Of a stretch of DNA of 64,000 bases, positions 26,065-40,659 are shown in pieces (position 1 is the first letter of the stretch; every line of letters begins with the position of its first letter). The notes under the pieces were generated by a model. That model worked only from the letters and a program-made list of their open reading frames with translations. It was not told the origin of the DNA and did not search any database. This DNA comes from the human T2T-CHM13v2.0 reference genome, Homo sapiens, in the NCBI RefSeq assembly GCF_009914755.1, contig NC_060926.1, one strand, 5' to 3'. The translations under genes and the position numbers were made by a program.

Positions 26065-28810
26065 TATGACAAAAATAAAATAACACACTGTAAAAAATTA
26101 CATATGTATCAAACATATTAATATAAAAATAAAAATATTCAGTGTAAGAATTTGTAATGATCACAAAATGTTCACAGCTTATATTTTAGTACAGTTTCAA
26201 ATGCCTAGTGCAATTACTATTTATTTGTGTATTTTAAACATGTATATAATAAATATTTTTCAGGTTCAACAATGTATATCAATCCAACTGGCTTTTATAA
26301 ATATTAGTTAAAATCAATTAGTAAATTCATATATATATACACACACATGTGTATCAGTGTGTGTGCATGTATGTGTGTGTAAATGTAATTGTATGTGTGT
26401 GTAAATGTAACTGGATGCATCCTAATATTTAGCCTTACCTACAAGATTTCCAAGATTCATTTATTATCTTTAGATGATGTGCACTTAAAGATTTGCCAAA
26501 TAAAACTGTAACCGTGGAAAATATCAAGATGTTATTAAATTCATCTTGTGCACGTAATTGTTTCTCTACATTTATGTTTCTTGCACAACTTGCAGTAATG
26601 CTCATGCACAAAATAATTTTCTAAATAAAAAATAAAAACATTTTCTCAGTCATTAATTCTTAATAATTATTTCTCTCTGATAATTATTGTGAATTAATTC
26701 TTAATTCTTAATTATAGAATAATGTTGCCTTTCAGAGTTCTGAATCTTTTGCATGTTGTATACATTTCACTAACTAGAACAACTTCTGGAATATTGGCAT
26801 TAATTAATGTCACTCAGCAATTATTGATTTCAAAGAAATTAAATACCATTCATATTCTGAATCACAAGGGTGCTTTGGCATCTAATTTAATCAAGCTCTT
26901 TGTATCATCATCTACACTTTAATTACTTAACAAACATTTCTCTGTGTGAGAAAGATTGAGCAGGTTATTGTGCTTTGTTAAGATGCAACTTTTGCTTAAT
27001 CTAGAGATAGGCAATGCTCTCTATAAGGGACAAAGAGAAAAATGAAAGAGCAATAGAGACGTGACAGGCATGGAAAAAGACAATACATTTATAAAACAAA
27101 TAGGACCACAGATGACAATAATGGGGATCAAATCTTGAGATACTGACTCAGTTTATAACCGCACTGTATAATAGAGCAAATCACTTGTTAATTTTTTTAA
27201 AAATGGAATTTAATTTAAGATGAATACAGTGTTTTAAACAAGACAGGTCATCTTAAAATAAAATAGTGGAATAAAGTGATAAAACCAATGTAAAAATCAT
27301 AAACAATTTATAAAGAATTTTTGTCATGTAATTTAATATTTTTATTTAAAAATCACCAAAATCAGAATAATTTTATCTTAATTAACATAATCATCAGAAG
27401 TTAACTAATTTTTACTTTATAATACTACGTTTAAAAATCTTTATATTTTTAATCATATATGCTTATATATAAAATAGACATAGGATATATATTTAATGTT
27501 CCCAATATTATATTGCAATTGTTCCTATGGATGTGGTTTTTCAATAGAATTAAGTACTTTTAAAAAGTTTCAATCTCAATGATATATATGTTTGATTTTT
27601 CTTTGACAAAGCATACATATATTGATAGGTAATAATATGAAAATCTTCTAAAGACATTACAGGAACATGAAAATGTAATTAAATACTCACTAATTTGTAA
27701 TGTTTTATGTAAGCGGAACACATTTAACTGAAAATTGCTTTTATATAATAAACGAGACTAGAAACATTTTAACTAACGGAGTAAGTCTTCAAATTGATAA
27801 TCTGAACTATACAAGAGGAGAAACTTCAGGCACTCAAATATTTGAAATGATACAAAATATTTATATAAACTATTATTTAACAATTTCTGTTTGTAGAGTG
27901 CTATAATCAATATAAATGACATCTCAAGTCTTTCTATCGCTTTGACCACATTTACCTCCTAATTTTAATTACTAATATGTTGGAGCAATGCATACAACTA
28001 GATTCTGATCTTCCTTTTTAATGAGTAAAAAATATGTCCTTTGAGACAGCATTAAAGAAAGAGCACCTTGTATAAATTCAATGCCAAGAGACAAGATATT
28101 CTTGATTCTGAAGTCTTGTTCTTTTATACAACAATGTAATTAATAAGAAGAAGAAAAGCAGGACATAGATGTGGAGTCTATTTTAATCAAAAATTGTCTA
28201 TAGATTTTGATGATAAAATTTAAAAATCTACTATATTTAGTCAGTTACAAAAAACTAGGTTGTGGGAACATATTTGGTCAATAAAACACCCCTACCAAAT
28301 GCTAACAAGAAAAAGTTATGTACCACCTTTCTTCTCTGCAGATGGCCTGAGATGGGTTAATTTGAAAGAATGTTTCCAAACCTGAGGTGACCCCTGAGAA
28401 CAGCATAATCCACTGCTGTCTCCCACATTCAGTTTCTCAGTTTGTGCTCTTTTAATCTTGGGGGGAGGGAAGCCAGTCCTTTAAAGCAATCTTCAGCATG
28501 ATGGCAGAGCCAAGGAGTGTGGACAGGTGGCACGGTGTCTGACTTAGTTCCAGCAGCCACTTGGGTTTCTCTGGGTTTTCTCTGCCCTAGGGATAGCACC
28601 ACTATTGAAAACATGTCTTTGTGACATTCTCTATGCCAGGAACTCCCAACACATTTTCCTTGAAACTGATGAAATGAATAAAAATAAACCAAGAGGTGTG
28701 CTGTTTGTTTCTGCTTCCTCCTTTCTGCAGCCCTTCTTGATCATCTAATATTTTTAAATACATTGTCGATCACCAAAAGGAGCATAAGGGGTATATTGAT
28801 TTGTAGCTGA

Positions 28811-29200
28811 TGTATTAATAGCCGAGCCCCTATTCCTTACCTGTAGCTGCTGGGAAGAAAACCATTCTTAACACTCTACAAGGTCTCATCTCCAGAATTT
28901 GCACCTGTTTCTAGCTGAGGACTTTCTCTAGCAGCACGGGAGCTTGATACTGGGCATGAAGTGGGAAGAAAAGGTGAGGGTTACTAAGAAGAATCTCCCT
29001 GGATTCAGTGATGTAATTCTGAGGCATGTTCCACATAGCTTCCCATAGAATTAAGCCCAGATATCTAACACAGGAACTTGCCTGTTAACACGTGTGGTAC
29101 TGGCTTTTCTATCTTTCCTGTTTTATTTTATTCTCTCTTCCTTGTCTCACTTTCGCTGTGTCCTCACTCCTGCTTTAAGAATACCCAAACAAATACATTC
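28811..29200 (+). mobile_element. LTR16-like (ERVL) fragment
   Basis: GTAATTCTGAGGCATGTTCCACA, AATTAAGCCC, CTTCCTTGTCTCACTT motifs; diverged. Confidence 0.5.
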
Positions 29201-29573
29201 ATTTATTTTTTTAGACTCTCAGAACACAGTTGATAGTTGAACTTGTAACCTATGATAATCAGCTTGGATGCTATACTGAAAGGAAGATGGTGAACTCACC
29301 ATGTCTAATTAAGATAAAATTTAAAAAATATATTGATTCATGTCCAAAGATTTAAAAAACCTAAGCGGCAGTGTCACAATTTCTTCTTTTTAGTTTACAT
29401 GGTTTCTTAAATGCCTACAATTATTTTAAAGGAAGCCTTGGGTTTAGAGAAAATTGAGACATACGGAATAAATTACTAACCCATTTCTCCTTGAAATCCA
29501 TTAGATGCTGATGATTTTTCACATATACTTCTGAATTGAAAAGCTAGTTGCGAATTATTTTTATAAGCATATC

Positions 29574-29822
29574 CTTATGAAATATTTTGTTTTTAACAGT
29601 AAGTTGAAGATTTAAAGATTAAATTATTCTATCCAGAGAATAAAAAGCAATTATTTCACAAGGAGAACATGTGTATGACATGACATAAACATCTAGGGTT
29701 AGGATGTGTATGTCGTGTCATACACATGTTCTCCTTGTGAAATAATTGCTTTTTATTCTCTGGATAGAATAATTTAATCTTTAAATCTTCAATTTACTGT
29801 TAAAAACAAAATATTACATAAG
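29574..29822. repeat. Near-perfect inverted repeat (120-bp arms, 9-nt spacer)
   Basis: 29574-29693 is the reverse complement of 29703-29822, ungapped, 4 mismatches counted by eye; spacer TAGGGTTAG. Confidence 0.95.
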
Positions 29823-30999
29823 ATTTTAAAACAGGTCCCATATTCTTTTGAGTCAATTAGAATATGTTTGTATCAGTCTGTCTACAGTTTTACACCTGTC
29901 AAAATGTACTTGAACTACAAGTACCTTGAACAATTTTCACATTTATTATTCCTCTGAAAATGATTAAAAGAATTAGAGTGAAATTCTGATTGGCATAATT
30001 TGGGAGAGAAATTATTCCTTGGAGATCAACCTCTGCCAAGATAGTTTATAATGACATTGAGACTTTTTGATTTACAAAGTTTGTTATATAAAAAATACTA
30101 AGACGATGACAGATAATACACACACTTTAATTAAAATTGTACTAAAATTAAATGTCTAAATAAATTAGAAGGGTACGTGGTACATCTAATTGTATGTTTA
30201 TATCTTTCATTTGTGTATTTTATTCCTAGGGTTGCTTTTGCTTTAGTTTGTAACACGTTCTTATTTTTATGATAATGTAGTATATGCTAAATAAAGAAAA
30301 ATCAGGAAATAGAAAATGAAGAAGAAAACATTAGCTATTGTCAACCAAATAAAAATTGTGCAATCTCTAAGCACATGAACTATGTATTATTTGTACAGCA
30401 TGTACAATGTTTATGCTTCACAGGGTGAGGTAGAGACTGCAAAACATTGAACCTGGGACAAATAAGAAAGTAAGGAAATTTTCACAATATATTAATATTA
30501 TAGAAAATGTTGAACTTAACAGTTAAGATACAAGTAGTGAAAAATGATAGTATTTAAGGAGATCTAGAAAATTTAATCTATATCTGTAATGTGTGAGAAG
30601 TATTAGAATAATGCTTGTATTTCTGGATTGGCATCGATTTCTATTGAGACTGGAAACATAATAGAAATGAGGGAAAAAGAACTTAAATTGTGGATACTTG
30701 AGTTTTATACCTAGGAGTTTGAGAAATACATTTTGTTACTATCAAAGCAGTTGGCACAAGAGTGTACAAAATTCCCTAATTGTGTCAACGTGGAGAAGAC
30801 ATAGACAAACAGAGAATAGCAAAATAGAAATAGCAAAAAAGCACAAATAAATTTTACCTGTATTTTTACATAAAAGCCAATTAGAGTAGGAAAACATGAA
30901 ATTTGTGTTTAATCAAAATTTTTCTCTTTCTTATAGTCTAGTGGATTATATTACTGGAAAAAAATTGAAGCATTGGTATGTTCACAAAAAAAAGTAAAA

Positions 31000-32500
31000 T
31001 ATAAGGTCAAAACCATGGGAATGCAGGGAGCAGACAAAATATACCTAAACACCGAAACTGATTTTGCCCTACGGACATGTACCAAAATGAATGAGTGCAG
31101 ATTCCTACTGTCATACATCACATAGGACAGTAAAGAAATACATAGTTTTTCCTAAGATAGGGCATCACACAGGAGCTCCTCCCTAAAGCTAGGACCAAAG
31201 TTTCTATCCTCAGTATAAAGAAGAATCAGAGGTAAATTAGTCCCATTTCACATTCCCTGGAAATGGCAAATAAAAATGACTGAGATTGGACAGATTTAAA
31301 GAAATTCAATCATTAATGATTTACAGCAATTAATTTAAAAATTGTTTAAATGTGCAGTCCAAACATATGTCCAAACACCTTTAGGCCAAGAATTAATATA
31401 ATGTGGTCCCAGAATGGTGGTGCGTTTAGTAGACTCACAAAAAAATTCAAATTCTCTTTGGCAAATTTTCTTCTTACTAATCCGCAAAAGTGCACAAAAA
31501 TAATTTTCAGAGAAAAATAAATATTTGTCATTCAGAGGCATCTAAGTACACAAGGAAATGGTATACCACCGTTTGAAAGGAAAGCAGAAAAAGAGTACAA
31601 ACAGATCCACAAAGGTTCATTAGTAGAAATATCACTGTTAGATTATAAAGCACATTTGCTTTAAAAAAATTTTTTTAAAAAAGAATATATTTTAGGAGAC
31701 TAAAAAATTGATGTAGAAAATTTGTAAAGTAGCTTGTATAAAATATAGTATTTTAAATTAAAAACTCAAAAATGAACTCATCAGATTAGACATGGCCATG
31801 GTGAGAGTTAATAAATATTTCAGAATGCATCACAGAAAATTTAAAAAAATGCAAAATGTGGACAGAATCATGAAGAGACAAGGAAGATACCGTGAGAAAG
31901 TGTAGCATGTGTTTAGTGAGTGTTCTCATAGAAGAAGGGAACTGGGAAGGGACAATATGTGATGGTATTTTGGCTGAAAGTTCTCTAGACTTTTGTAAGA
32001 CACTAATCCGCATATTGAAAAATTCCATGCATGCTAAGCAAGCTACAATGGAGATAAACCTACACCTACGTATCTCCTAGAGAAATAGCAAAGAATCAGG
32101 AAGGGAAAAATATTTCAATTAGCACTAGAAAAATCAAATTACCTTTAATCATATTGAAATCGGAAAGAATGAAAGGTAAAATAAAAAATATTATTTGTTA
32201 ATAATAATAATGCCATTCTGAAATTCTCAACCAAGAAAAATATTCATCAACCTATGGCTAAATAACATATTTAGAGAGAAAAAACAAAGCACCACCAGCA
32301 GAATTCCACTAAAGAAACTAAAAAGAAACTCTGAAAACATGCTTCAGAAAGGTTGAAGTTCTGAAATCAAAGAATGAATACAGAGCAAAATAAACATACA
32401 GGTAGATCTAAATAAAAAATTAGGTGTTGAAACAAAAAGATATTTAAAATTAGATAAGCACTGCAATATGTATGTTAGGAAGCAAATTATTAGGGCTGAA
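31000..32500 (+). mobile_element. Degraded old L1 (ORF1-region) fragments
   Basis: A-rich with decayed ORF1-like motifs (AAAAACTCAAAAATGAACTCATCAGATTAGACATGGC, TTGGCTGAAAGTTCTC); boundaries approximate. Confidence 0.45.
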
Positions 32501-32527
32501 GTATTCAATGACCCCTTAATTGTCTGA

Positions 32528-32863
<336 letters not shown>

Positions 32864-33381
32864 GATTTTGGAACTTTAATAAATTCAGTGGACATTATGC
32901 ATTTCTCTGTTGTATCTATGAAAACAATAAAAATAAAAGTCATAATTTAAAAACAAGAAGACAGAAACTGATAGGAGAAAATGACACATTATATACATAT
33001 ATATATACAACAAATAAAACAAATTACGTATAAATGATCAAAGATTAACTTAAACCTAAGTAGACAATGTTTTTGTTAAAATACAAAGATTGGCAAAATT
33101 AAAAAAATCCGTCTCTATCATAGTTACAAGACAGGCAACTAATATATAAATTTACAGAAACTTTGAAGTTCAAACAATACAGATACTGTGTATATATGAT
33201 ATACATACAAACATACTACATGAATATAATTTTTTAAAAAGTTGCTATGTAGACAAAATAGAATGTAAGTTAGAAACATTTATTAAAATAAGTTAGTCTA
33301 ACCAGTGTGATAAAAGTTTTAAGTTATTAAGAAGATGTGATGACTTAAATGTGCATTAGCCTGATACATATATACATATAT

Positions 33382-33382
33382 A

Positions 33383-33422
<40 letters not shown>
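33382..33422. repeat. (CA)n microsatellite
   Basis: Dinucleotide run with one interruption. Confidence 0.97.
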
Positions 33423-33424
<2 letters not shown>

Positions 33425-33918
33425 ATTTAGATAGTCAAATTATATAAAGCAAAAATATCAGAAAGTAAGTAGAAATGGATAAGCCCCCAAATCATTAGAC
33501 ATTTCAAACACACATCTTTCAGTAATAGATAAAAGAAAAAATTAAAAGAGTAAGTTTTAAAAGAAGCTAGTGGATTTTAAAAAGGGCAAATGTTATATAA
33601 GGAACATGAATATTATAATTCATGTTATTTTCATGTTCATACAGAATACTTACAAAAATTAACATTTTCTAGACCATACCACAAATTCAAACAATTTTCA
33701 CGGAAATAACGTGACACAGAATATATTTCCTAAACAAACAGCAATGAAGGTAGATATCAATACAAAAAAGAAAGCTAGAAACATAAGTCTAATAATATTG
33801 GTTGGAAGCTGTTTTAATTAATATTGAAATATTTTAAAGGTGAATAGTCAACACAAATGAACCAAACACTTTTGTAAGGCCACTAAGATGCATGTGTAAT
33901 GTGTAATGCCTCCTTTTA

Positions 33919-34349
<431 letters not shown>

Positions 34350-36558
34350 GGAGGAAATAGTACATGAAAAAGCAGAATTAAAGCAACTGAGTATATATTT
34401 AAAAATGCAACAGCTCACTTTTTCAGAAAAATATTAAAATATTAAATCTAACAAATATCTAGGTAGACTGATGGAGAAAAATACAGAAAATGCACAAAAA
34501 ACCAATTACCTGGAATTCAAAGGTTACAAAACGTAAGCAGTTGTAGGTTTTAAATAAGCAATGACTTTGAGTTCAACCATGATGGGGTATATTGAAAAGA
34601 ATCTCTCAGAAAAAAAGAAAAACTGTTATAAAGCTATGTACAAAATGTAAGCACTATTAAAGTCTTCCAATTCTACCAGTTATGGAGTTATTGGTCTTGG
34701 ACTAACTCTCCTGAAAAGAAAAAAAACAAAACAAAACCTAAAAACCTGGATAAAATGGCCTACCGTGGGCACTGGCAATGCAACCAAGCAGGTAGGACAT
34801 GGGTGCTACTTTCTCTTTGTCAGAACACAAAGCATTCATACACTCTTCTCACCCTCACTCTCACCTTTTAATCTTAGATCTACTATTAAATGTATTCAAC
34901 TACTATCAATCCTTTGGTCAAAATTTCTTTTCTCACATTTTGCTTGATGCACTTGGATAGACTGTTCAAGAAAGTATGAGTATTGAATTCCTCAAACTCT
35001 TGCATATTTAAAATTACATTTTTGAACCTTGATGCTTGAAGTGTAGCTTGGGTAACAGGTGGGCTTTAAGCCGATTTTGGCATGCAAGGGGTTGAGTTTA
35101 TTAGGCATCAGCACCTCTGAAAATCGTGGGGATGCAGGCTTAATTTCAACACTATTCTAAATACTTGAAAGATATATAATTCCTTAATAAACTCCTTTGT
35201 CTACAAATGGTTCACATTAACTCAATATCCATGATTAAACATCTATAAAATCAAGGCACTGTTATTTAGTGGAGACTTGCTGGCTATTCTATGAGAGGAG
35301 GTATTGTTATTTTAATCTCATCCTCTCATAAAAGTGTATCATATTACTCATAACCAGCCCTTCATATTCTATTCCTATTTTGGTATTTTAAAATAAGATA
35401 TCTTTGAAACTCTTGAATTCAAATAGAGAATCTGAATAGTTTTTAAAATGTCAATGAAATGCCATTTCTTCATGCTTCAACAACTAAAATTTGACTAAAG
35501 TGCTTCTCTTCAAACTTTCTGTAACATTTTTTAATCTAAATTCTAAGAACGATCACAATAGGTTTCAACCACAAATGTGAGAATATTGTAAATGTTCGGG
35601 TGGAAAAATTTTTAAAATAATTTTGTAGTAATTTTTGAATCATAGTGACAGTGCGCTAAATTTTTTTAAGTCAAATATTACTGTAGACATTTAAGTCAAG
35701 ATTCTAAGAAACTGTTCTAAAGTCCAAAATTTAGTTTCATATACAATGATATTATATATATATTTTCATATAAAATTAATATATGTGAGCCATGTTTCAA
35801 ATAGTTGAGAGATTATATCAAAGATTCTTGATTATATAAAATGCCAATTACTTATAGGCACACGTGCTTTAAATAATTACAAAGGCAGCTGTGGTTGATT
35901 CTACTCTTGCTACTGGCATTTATATGGACATACTATTATGGTCTGAAGAATATTTAGGCAAATTTAGCCCTCATACGATCAGAAGAACAATGCACGCTAG
36001 TTTATATCTGAAAGGAAAAAAAATCTTTATATGGTTCTGAAAGCCTAAATCATTAACAACTTGGATAATAATTAGCATAAAAATACACAAACATGCCCTC
36101 TTCCTAGCGGTAAGTACAGAGTGACAACAGAATCAAAGCATGTGGCTATGTGCATGTTTATATTTCAAGACGCAGAGCACTCTATTCCTCTTCTCTGCCC
36201 TTTCTAGATGGCACAATTCCTCATGAATCTAAGTGCTGTCATAGGGTGGATTAGGGTGACCTGCCATTTGTATGCAACCGATCTCTATTTTGGAAGTAAT
36301 TAATGTAAAAATATATTTTTAAAAGATAATTTCAAATTTCAGGGCAAACTAGCATGGTTTCACCCCTTTCCTTTGTAACATTTTTCCTAAGGTTGGAAAA
36401 GTAAGGTAGGCTTTAGTACGATTTTTAATAACAAGTTTTCAAAGTGAGACGCAAAATGGTGGCGCCAACACATTTCAAGTCTGCTACATTTTGAATACAC
36501 TTATTGGAGAAAAGACCTTCTCATCATTTTTCTCTTACAGGAAAGGAAATAACATGTA

Positions 36559-36931
36559 CAGTTGACCCTTAAGCAACACCGAGGTTGGGGTGCTGGCCCC
36601 CCTGCACAGTAGAAAATCCACTAAAACTTTGACTCCTCCAAAACTTAACTACTAATAGGCTACTGTAAGCCTTACAAATAACACAAGCAGTCAATTAACA
36701 CATATTTAATGTTATATGTCTTATATACTGTATTCTTAACAAACACGCCAGAGAAAAGAAAAAGAAAATCATAAGGAAAATATATTTACTAGTTATTAAA
36801 TGGAAGTAGATGATCAAACAGGTCTTCATCCTCATCCTTTTCATGGGCAGGGTGTGGAAAAGGATGTAGAATTTTTGGTTTTGCTAAGTGGACCCGCACA
36901 ATTCAAACCCCTGTGGTGCAAAGGCCAACTG
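36559..36931 (-). mobile_element. Tigger2a (MER28)-like DNA transposon
   Basis: TA-CAGTTGACCCTT...AAAGGCCAACTG-TA terminal inverted repeats with TA TSD; AAGTGGACCCGCACAATTCAAACCC subterminal motif. Confidence 0.88.
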
Positions 36932-37025
36932 TATAGCCACTGAATAGCAATTTATTTCTAGAAATTAACCTCACTAAAATATTCTTAGAAAGATGCCAAG
37001 AAAAAAATGAATAAGTATTTTTGGT

Positions 37026-38695
37026 ACATCTATTTCATCATTTCATTTCCTCATTTCATCATTTCATTTCATCCTTTCATTTCATCATTTCATCATTTCA
37101 TTTCATCATTTCATCTCAACATTTCATTTCATCATTTCACTTCATCTCATCATTTCATCATTTCATTTCATGATTTCATCTCATTTCATCACTTCATTTC
37201 TTCATTTCATTTCATCTGAACATTTCATTTCATCATTTCACTTCATCTCATCTTTTCATCATTTCATCTCATTTCATCTCATCATTTCATCTCATCTCAT
37301 TTCATCTTTTCATCTCGTCATTTCATTTCGTCATTTCATCTTTTCATCCCATTTCATCATTTCATCAATTCAACATTTCAATTATTTCATCATTTCATCA
37401 TTTGACTTCATTTCATCATTTCATAACATTTCATTTCATAATTTCATCTTTTCTTTTCATCATTTCACTTTGTCATTTCATTTTGTCATTTCATTTCCTC
37501 ATTTATCATTTAATTTCATCCTTTCATTTTATCTCATTTCATCCTTTCATTTCATTATTTCATCATTTCATCTCATCATTGCATTTTGTCATTTCATTTC
37601 ATTTCAACATTTCACTTCATCTTATTTCATCTCATGATTTCATTTCATCTCATCATTTCATTTCGTCTTTTCATCTCATTTCATCATTTCATCTTTTCAT
37701 CTCATTTCATTTGATCATTTCATCAATTCATCATTTCATCGTTTCATTATTTCATCATTTAATCATTTCACTTCATTTCATCATTTCATATCATTTCTTC
37801 ATTTCATCATTTGATCTTTTCATTTCATTTCACCATTTCATGATTTCATTTCATTTCACTTCATCATTTCATTTCATTTCACCATTTCATCATTCCATCA
37901 TTTCATTTCACCATTTCATTTCATCATTTCATTTCATCCTTTCATTATTTCATTGCATCATTTCATCTCATAATTTCATTATTTCACTTCATCTCATCAT
38001 TTCATCATTTCATCTCACGATTTCATTTCATCTCATCATTTCATCACATTTCATCTCATCAATTCATCTTTTCATCTCATTTCATTATTTCATCCTTTCA
38101 TCTCATCATTCATCATTTCATTTTATCAATTCATCATTTCATTTCATATTTCATCATTTCATTTCATCATTTCACTTCATTTCATTCCATCATTTCACAT
38201 TTCTTCATTTCATATCATTTCATCATTTCACTTCATCATTTCATTTCCTCATTTCATTTCACCATTTCATCAATTCATTTAATCATTTCATCTCATTTCA
38301 TTTCATCATTTCACTTCATCTCTTCATTTCATCTCATGATTTCATCTCATCATTTCATCTTTTCATCTCATTTCATTTAATCATTTCATTTCACCATTTC
38401 ATCTCGTCATTTCATTTCATTTCATCAATTCATCATTTCATTTCATTATTTCATCATTACACTTCATCATTTCATTTCATCATTGCATATCATTTCTTCA
38501 TTTCATCATTTCATCTTTTCATTTCATCATTTCACTTCCTCATTTCATTTCCTCATTTCATTTCACCATTTCATTTCACCATTTCAGTTCATCATTTCAT
38601 TTCATCACTCCATTTCATCATTTCATCATTTCCTTTCATCTCATTTCATCATTTCTTCATTTCATCATTTTATTTCATCATTTCACTTAATTTCA
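37026..38695 (+). repeat. (CATTT)n / (CATTTCAT)n degenerate satellite-like array
   Basis: ~1.67 kb of CATTT, CAT, CATCT, CACTT units; very few G on the + strand. Confidence 0.95.
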
Positions 38696-39555
38696 GTGAT
38701 ACATGTATTTAAGTGCTAATGTGATGCCCAGGAGACACCCTATTTCCCTTTGTAAAACACCTCCTTCAACAAAAGGCAACCTCTCATGGCTGGCTAAGTC
38801 TACAGGGATACCAGCCTCTCTTCAACCACCCAATTTGATTTAGAACCTCAAACAGCACCTCAGTTTCATAAAAACCTAAAACATAAAACACAACACTTGG
38901 TTGTAAGTGAGCCAACAGTTTGTCTCTTTCTCTGCCCAAGGCTTAAGGCCGTGTCTCCCCAACTACGTTCAGTGGAAGAAAAGATCCCCTGGACAAATAA
39001 GTTTGAGAACTGTTGTTGCAGGACTTCTCAGAACCTTTAAAACACAAATCCTCATCCGGAGGGATCTTCAGGAGGGAGATGTCTGATGCAGCACAACTTT
39101 CTTTCACAGGAGCATCCTGCAGAATACAGTATGAGATGCAGAAAGGCTGCAATGAGTCTTTTTAATGGCCCGGGCCTTGGTGGGGGTGGGGTAGGAGCTC
39201 TCCAGATAGCATCTAATGAGTAGGAACATTCAGGTTGCTTTTTTTTTTCCTTATTGGCAAACCTGTGTGCACACCATGAATGAAGCTGATCTCCCTTATC
39301 CATATCAAAACTAAACCCAAATTAATTGGCTAAATTGGGAATCAACACCTCCAGGAGCTACGCAGAAGAAAGCCCCACCACACTTTAAAGTAGCTTACCT
39401 CATATTTGACGAAAGCAAAACACTTATGACCAGTGTGCTGCTAATACAAGTCTACAGATAACGCTGCATGAAAAATTAGTTTTCCCAATCGTAGCTGGCA
39501 TAGTCCACATTTTGCATTACACTTTCCCCCCTTGTTTTAAATTTTAAACACAGGT

Positions 39556-39710
39556 CTTTTTCTCTTCTTTTTTTAAATTTTAATTTAATTATACAAGACA
39601 GAGTCTCAGTATGTTGCCCAGGCTGGTCTTGCACTCCTGAGCTCAAGCGATACATCCGTCTCCGCCTCCCAAAGTGCTGAGATTACAGGCCTAAGACACT
39701 GTGCCCGGCC
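39556..39710 (-). mobile_element. FLAM / Alu left-monomer element
   Basis: GTTGCCCAGGCTGGTCTTG..CTCCTGAGCTCAAGCGAT..CTCCCAAAGTGCTG..CCCGGCC; TSD TTAAACACA. Confidence 0.88.
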
Positions 39711-40075
39711 TTAAACACAAATCTTAATTCATTCTTACAGTTATCCTGAGGTTAGAAAAATGGAAGGGGAAGAAAAATGGCAAGCAGGTAGGTTGACTTC
39801 GGCTTCATTATTTGAAAGGACAGTTTGCTCAGTTAAAACACACTACTGCCCACAAAGGCCAAGACAACAGAAAAATACAGACATATAAATAGATTTTATA
39901 TGTGACAGCAGTTTCAATGGAGACTTTTTCAATGCAAATGACAAACAGCTGTGCTTGGGAATAAATGACAAGGAATTTTTTTTATCTCAACAGCTGTCCT
40001 GAGAGCACATCTCTACATCTCTACCTATATTCTGGAATCAGGGAGAAAGCCAAAACGGATGACAAGATACTAGAT

Positions 40076-40271
40076 CAGCCGTGTCCAACCCTTTTAGTAC
40101 AAGGACTTTTCCGCCTATCTGTGGTGGTGGGTATCATGAAAATTATGCACAAACCTTTTTTTTTTTTTTTAAGCTCATCAGCTGTCGTTAGCATTAGTGT
40201 ATTTTATGTGTGGCCCAGGAGCATTCTTCTTCCAATATGACCCCGAGAAGCCAAAAGACTGGACACCTGTG
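40076..40271 (-). mobile_element. MER30-like hAT DNA transposon
   Basis: CAGCCGTGTCCAA...TGGACACCTGTG termini; AGCTCATCAGCT..GTTAG...GTGTATTTTATGTGTGGCCC motif; 8-bp TSD (T/C)ACTAGAT. Confidence 0.85.
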
Positions 40272-40392
40272 CACTAGATCAAAAGGCTACTCCTTCTGGA
40301 AGCAATTATAAAGAATTTCTGACATTATCTTGACATGAAAACCAATGGATAGTGGGACAGAATGCAAAATCTTCAAGAATTTTTCTTGTTGG

Positions 40393-40659
40393 TTTTTTTT
40401 TTTTTTTTTGAGTCAAGGTCTTTCTCTGTGGCCCAGGCTGGAGTACACTGGTGAGATCACAGCTCAGTGCATACTCAAGTGCTCCTCCCACCTCAGCCAC
40501 AGTAGTAGCTGGGACTACAGATGCGCACAACCACCCCTGGCTAATATTTTATTTTTTGTAGAGATGGGGTCTCACTATATAGTCCAGGTTGGTCTCAAAC
40601 TCCTTGACTCAAGGGATCCAGGACAGGATAACAGGTGTGAGGAGCCACCACACCTGGCC
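40393..40659 (-). mobile_element. Alu SINE (AluJ-like, internally deleted)
   Basis: poly(T), CCCAGGCTGGAGTAC, GTAGCTGGGACTACAG, GAGCCACCACACCTGGCC. Confidence 0.9.

Noticed and set aside
29574-29822. Known miRNA or MADE1/Tigger MITE as source of the palindrome
   Set aside because: No mariner/Tigger termini or TA TSD recognised and no miRNA hairpin I can recall matches; kept as an unexplained finding.
37026-38695. Classical HSat2/HSat3 call
   Set aside because: Dominant unit is CATTT rather than CATTC and HSat2 CATTCGAT motifs are not seen.
37007-38719. 436-aa His/Phe/Ile/Ser-rich ORF and overlapping ORFs
   Set aside because: Translation of (CATTT)n, which rarely forms stop codons on the + strand.
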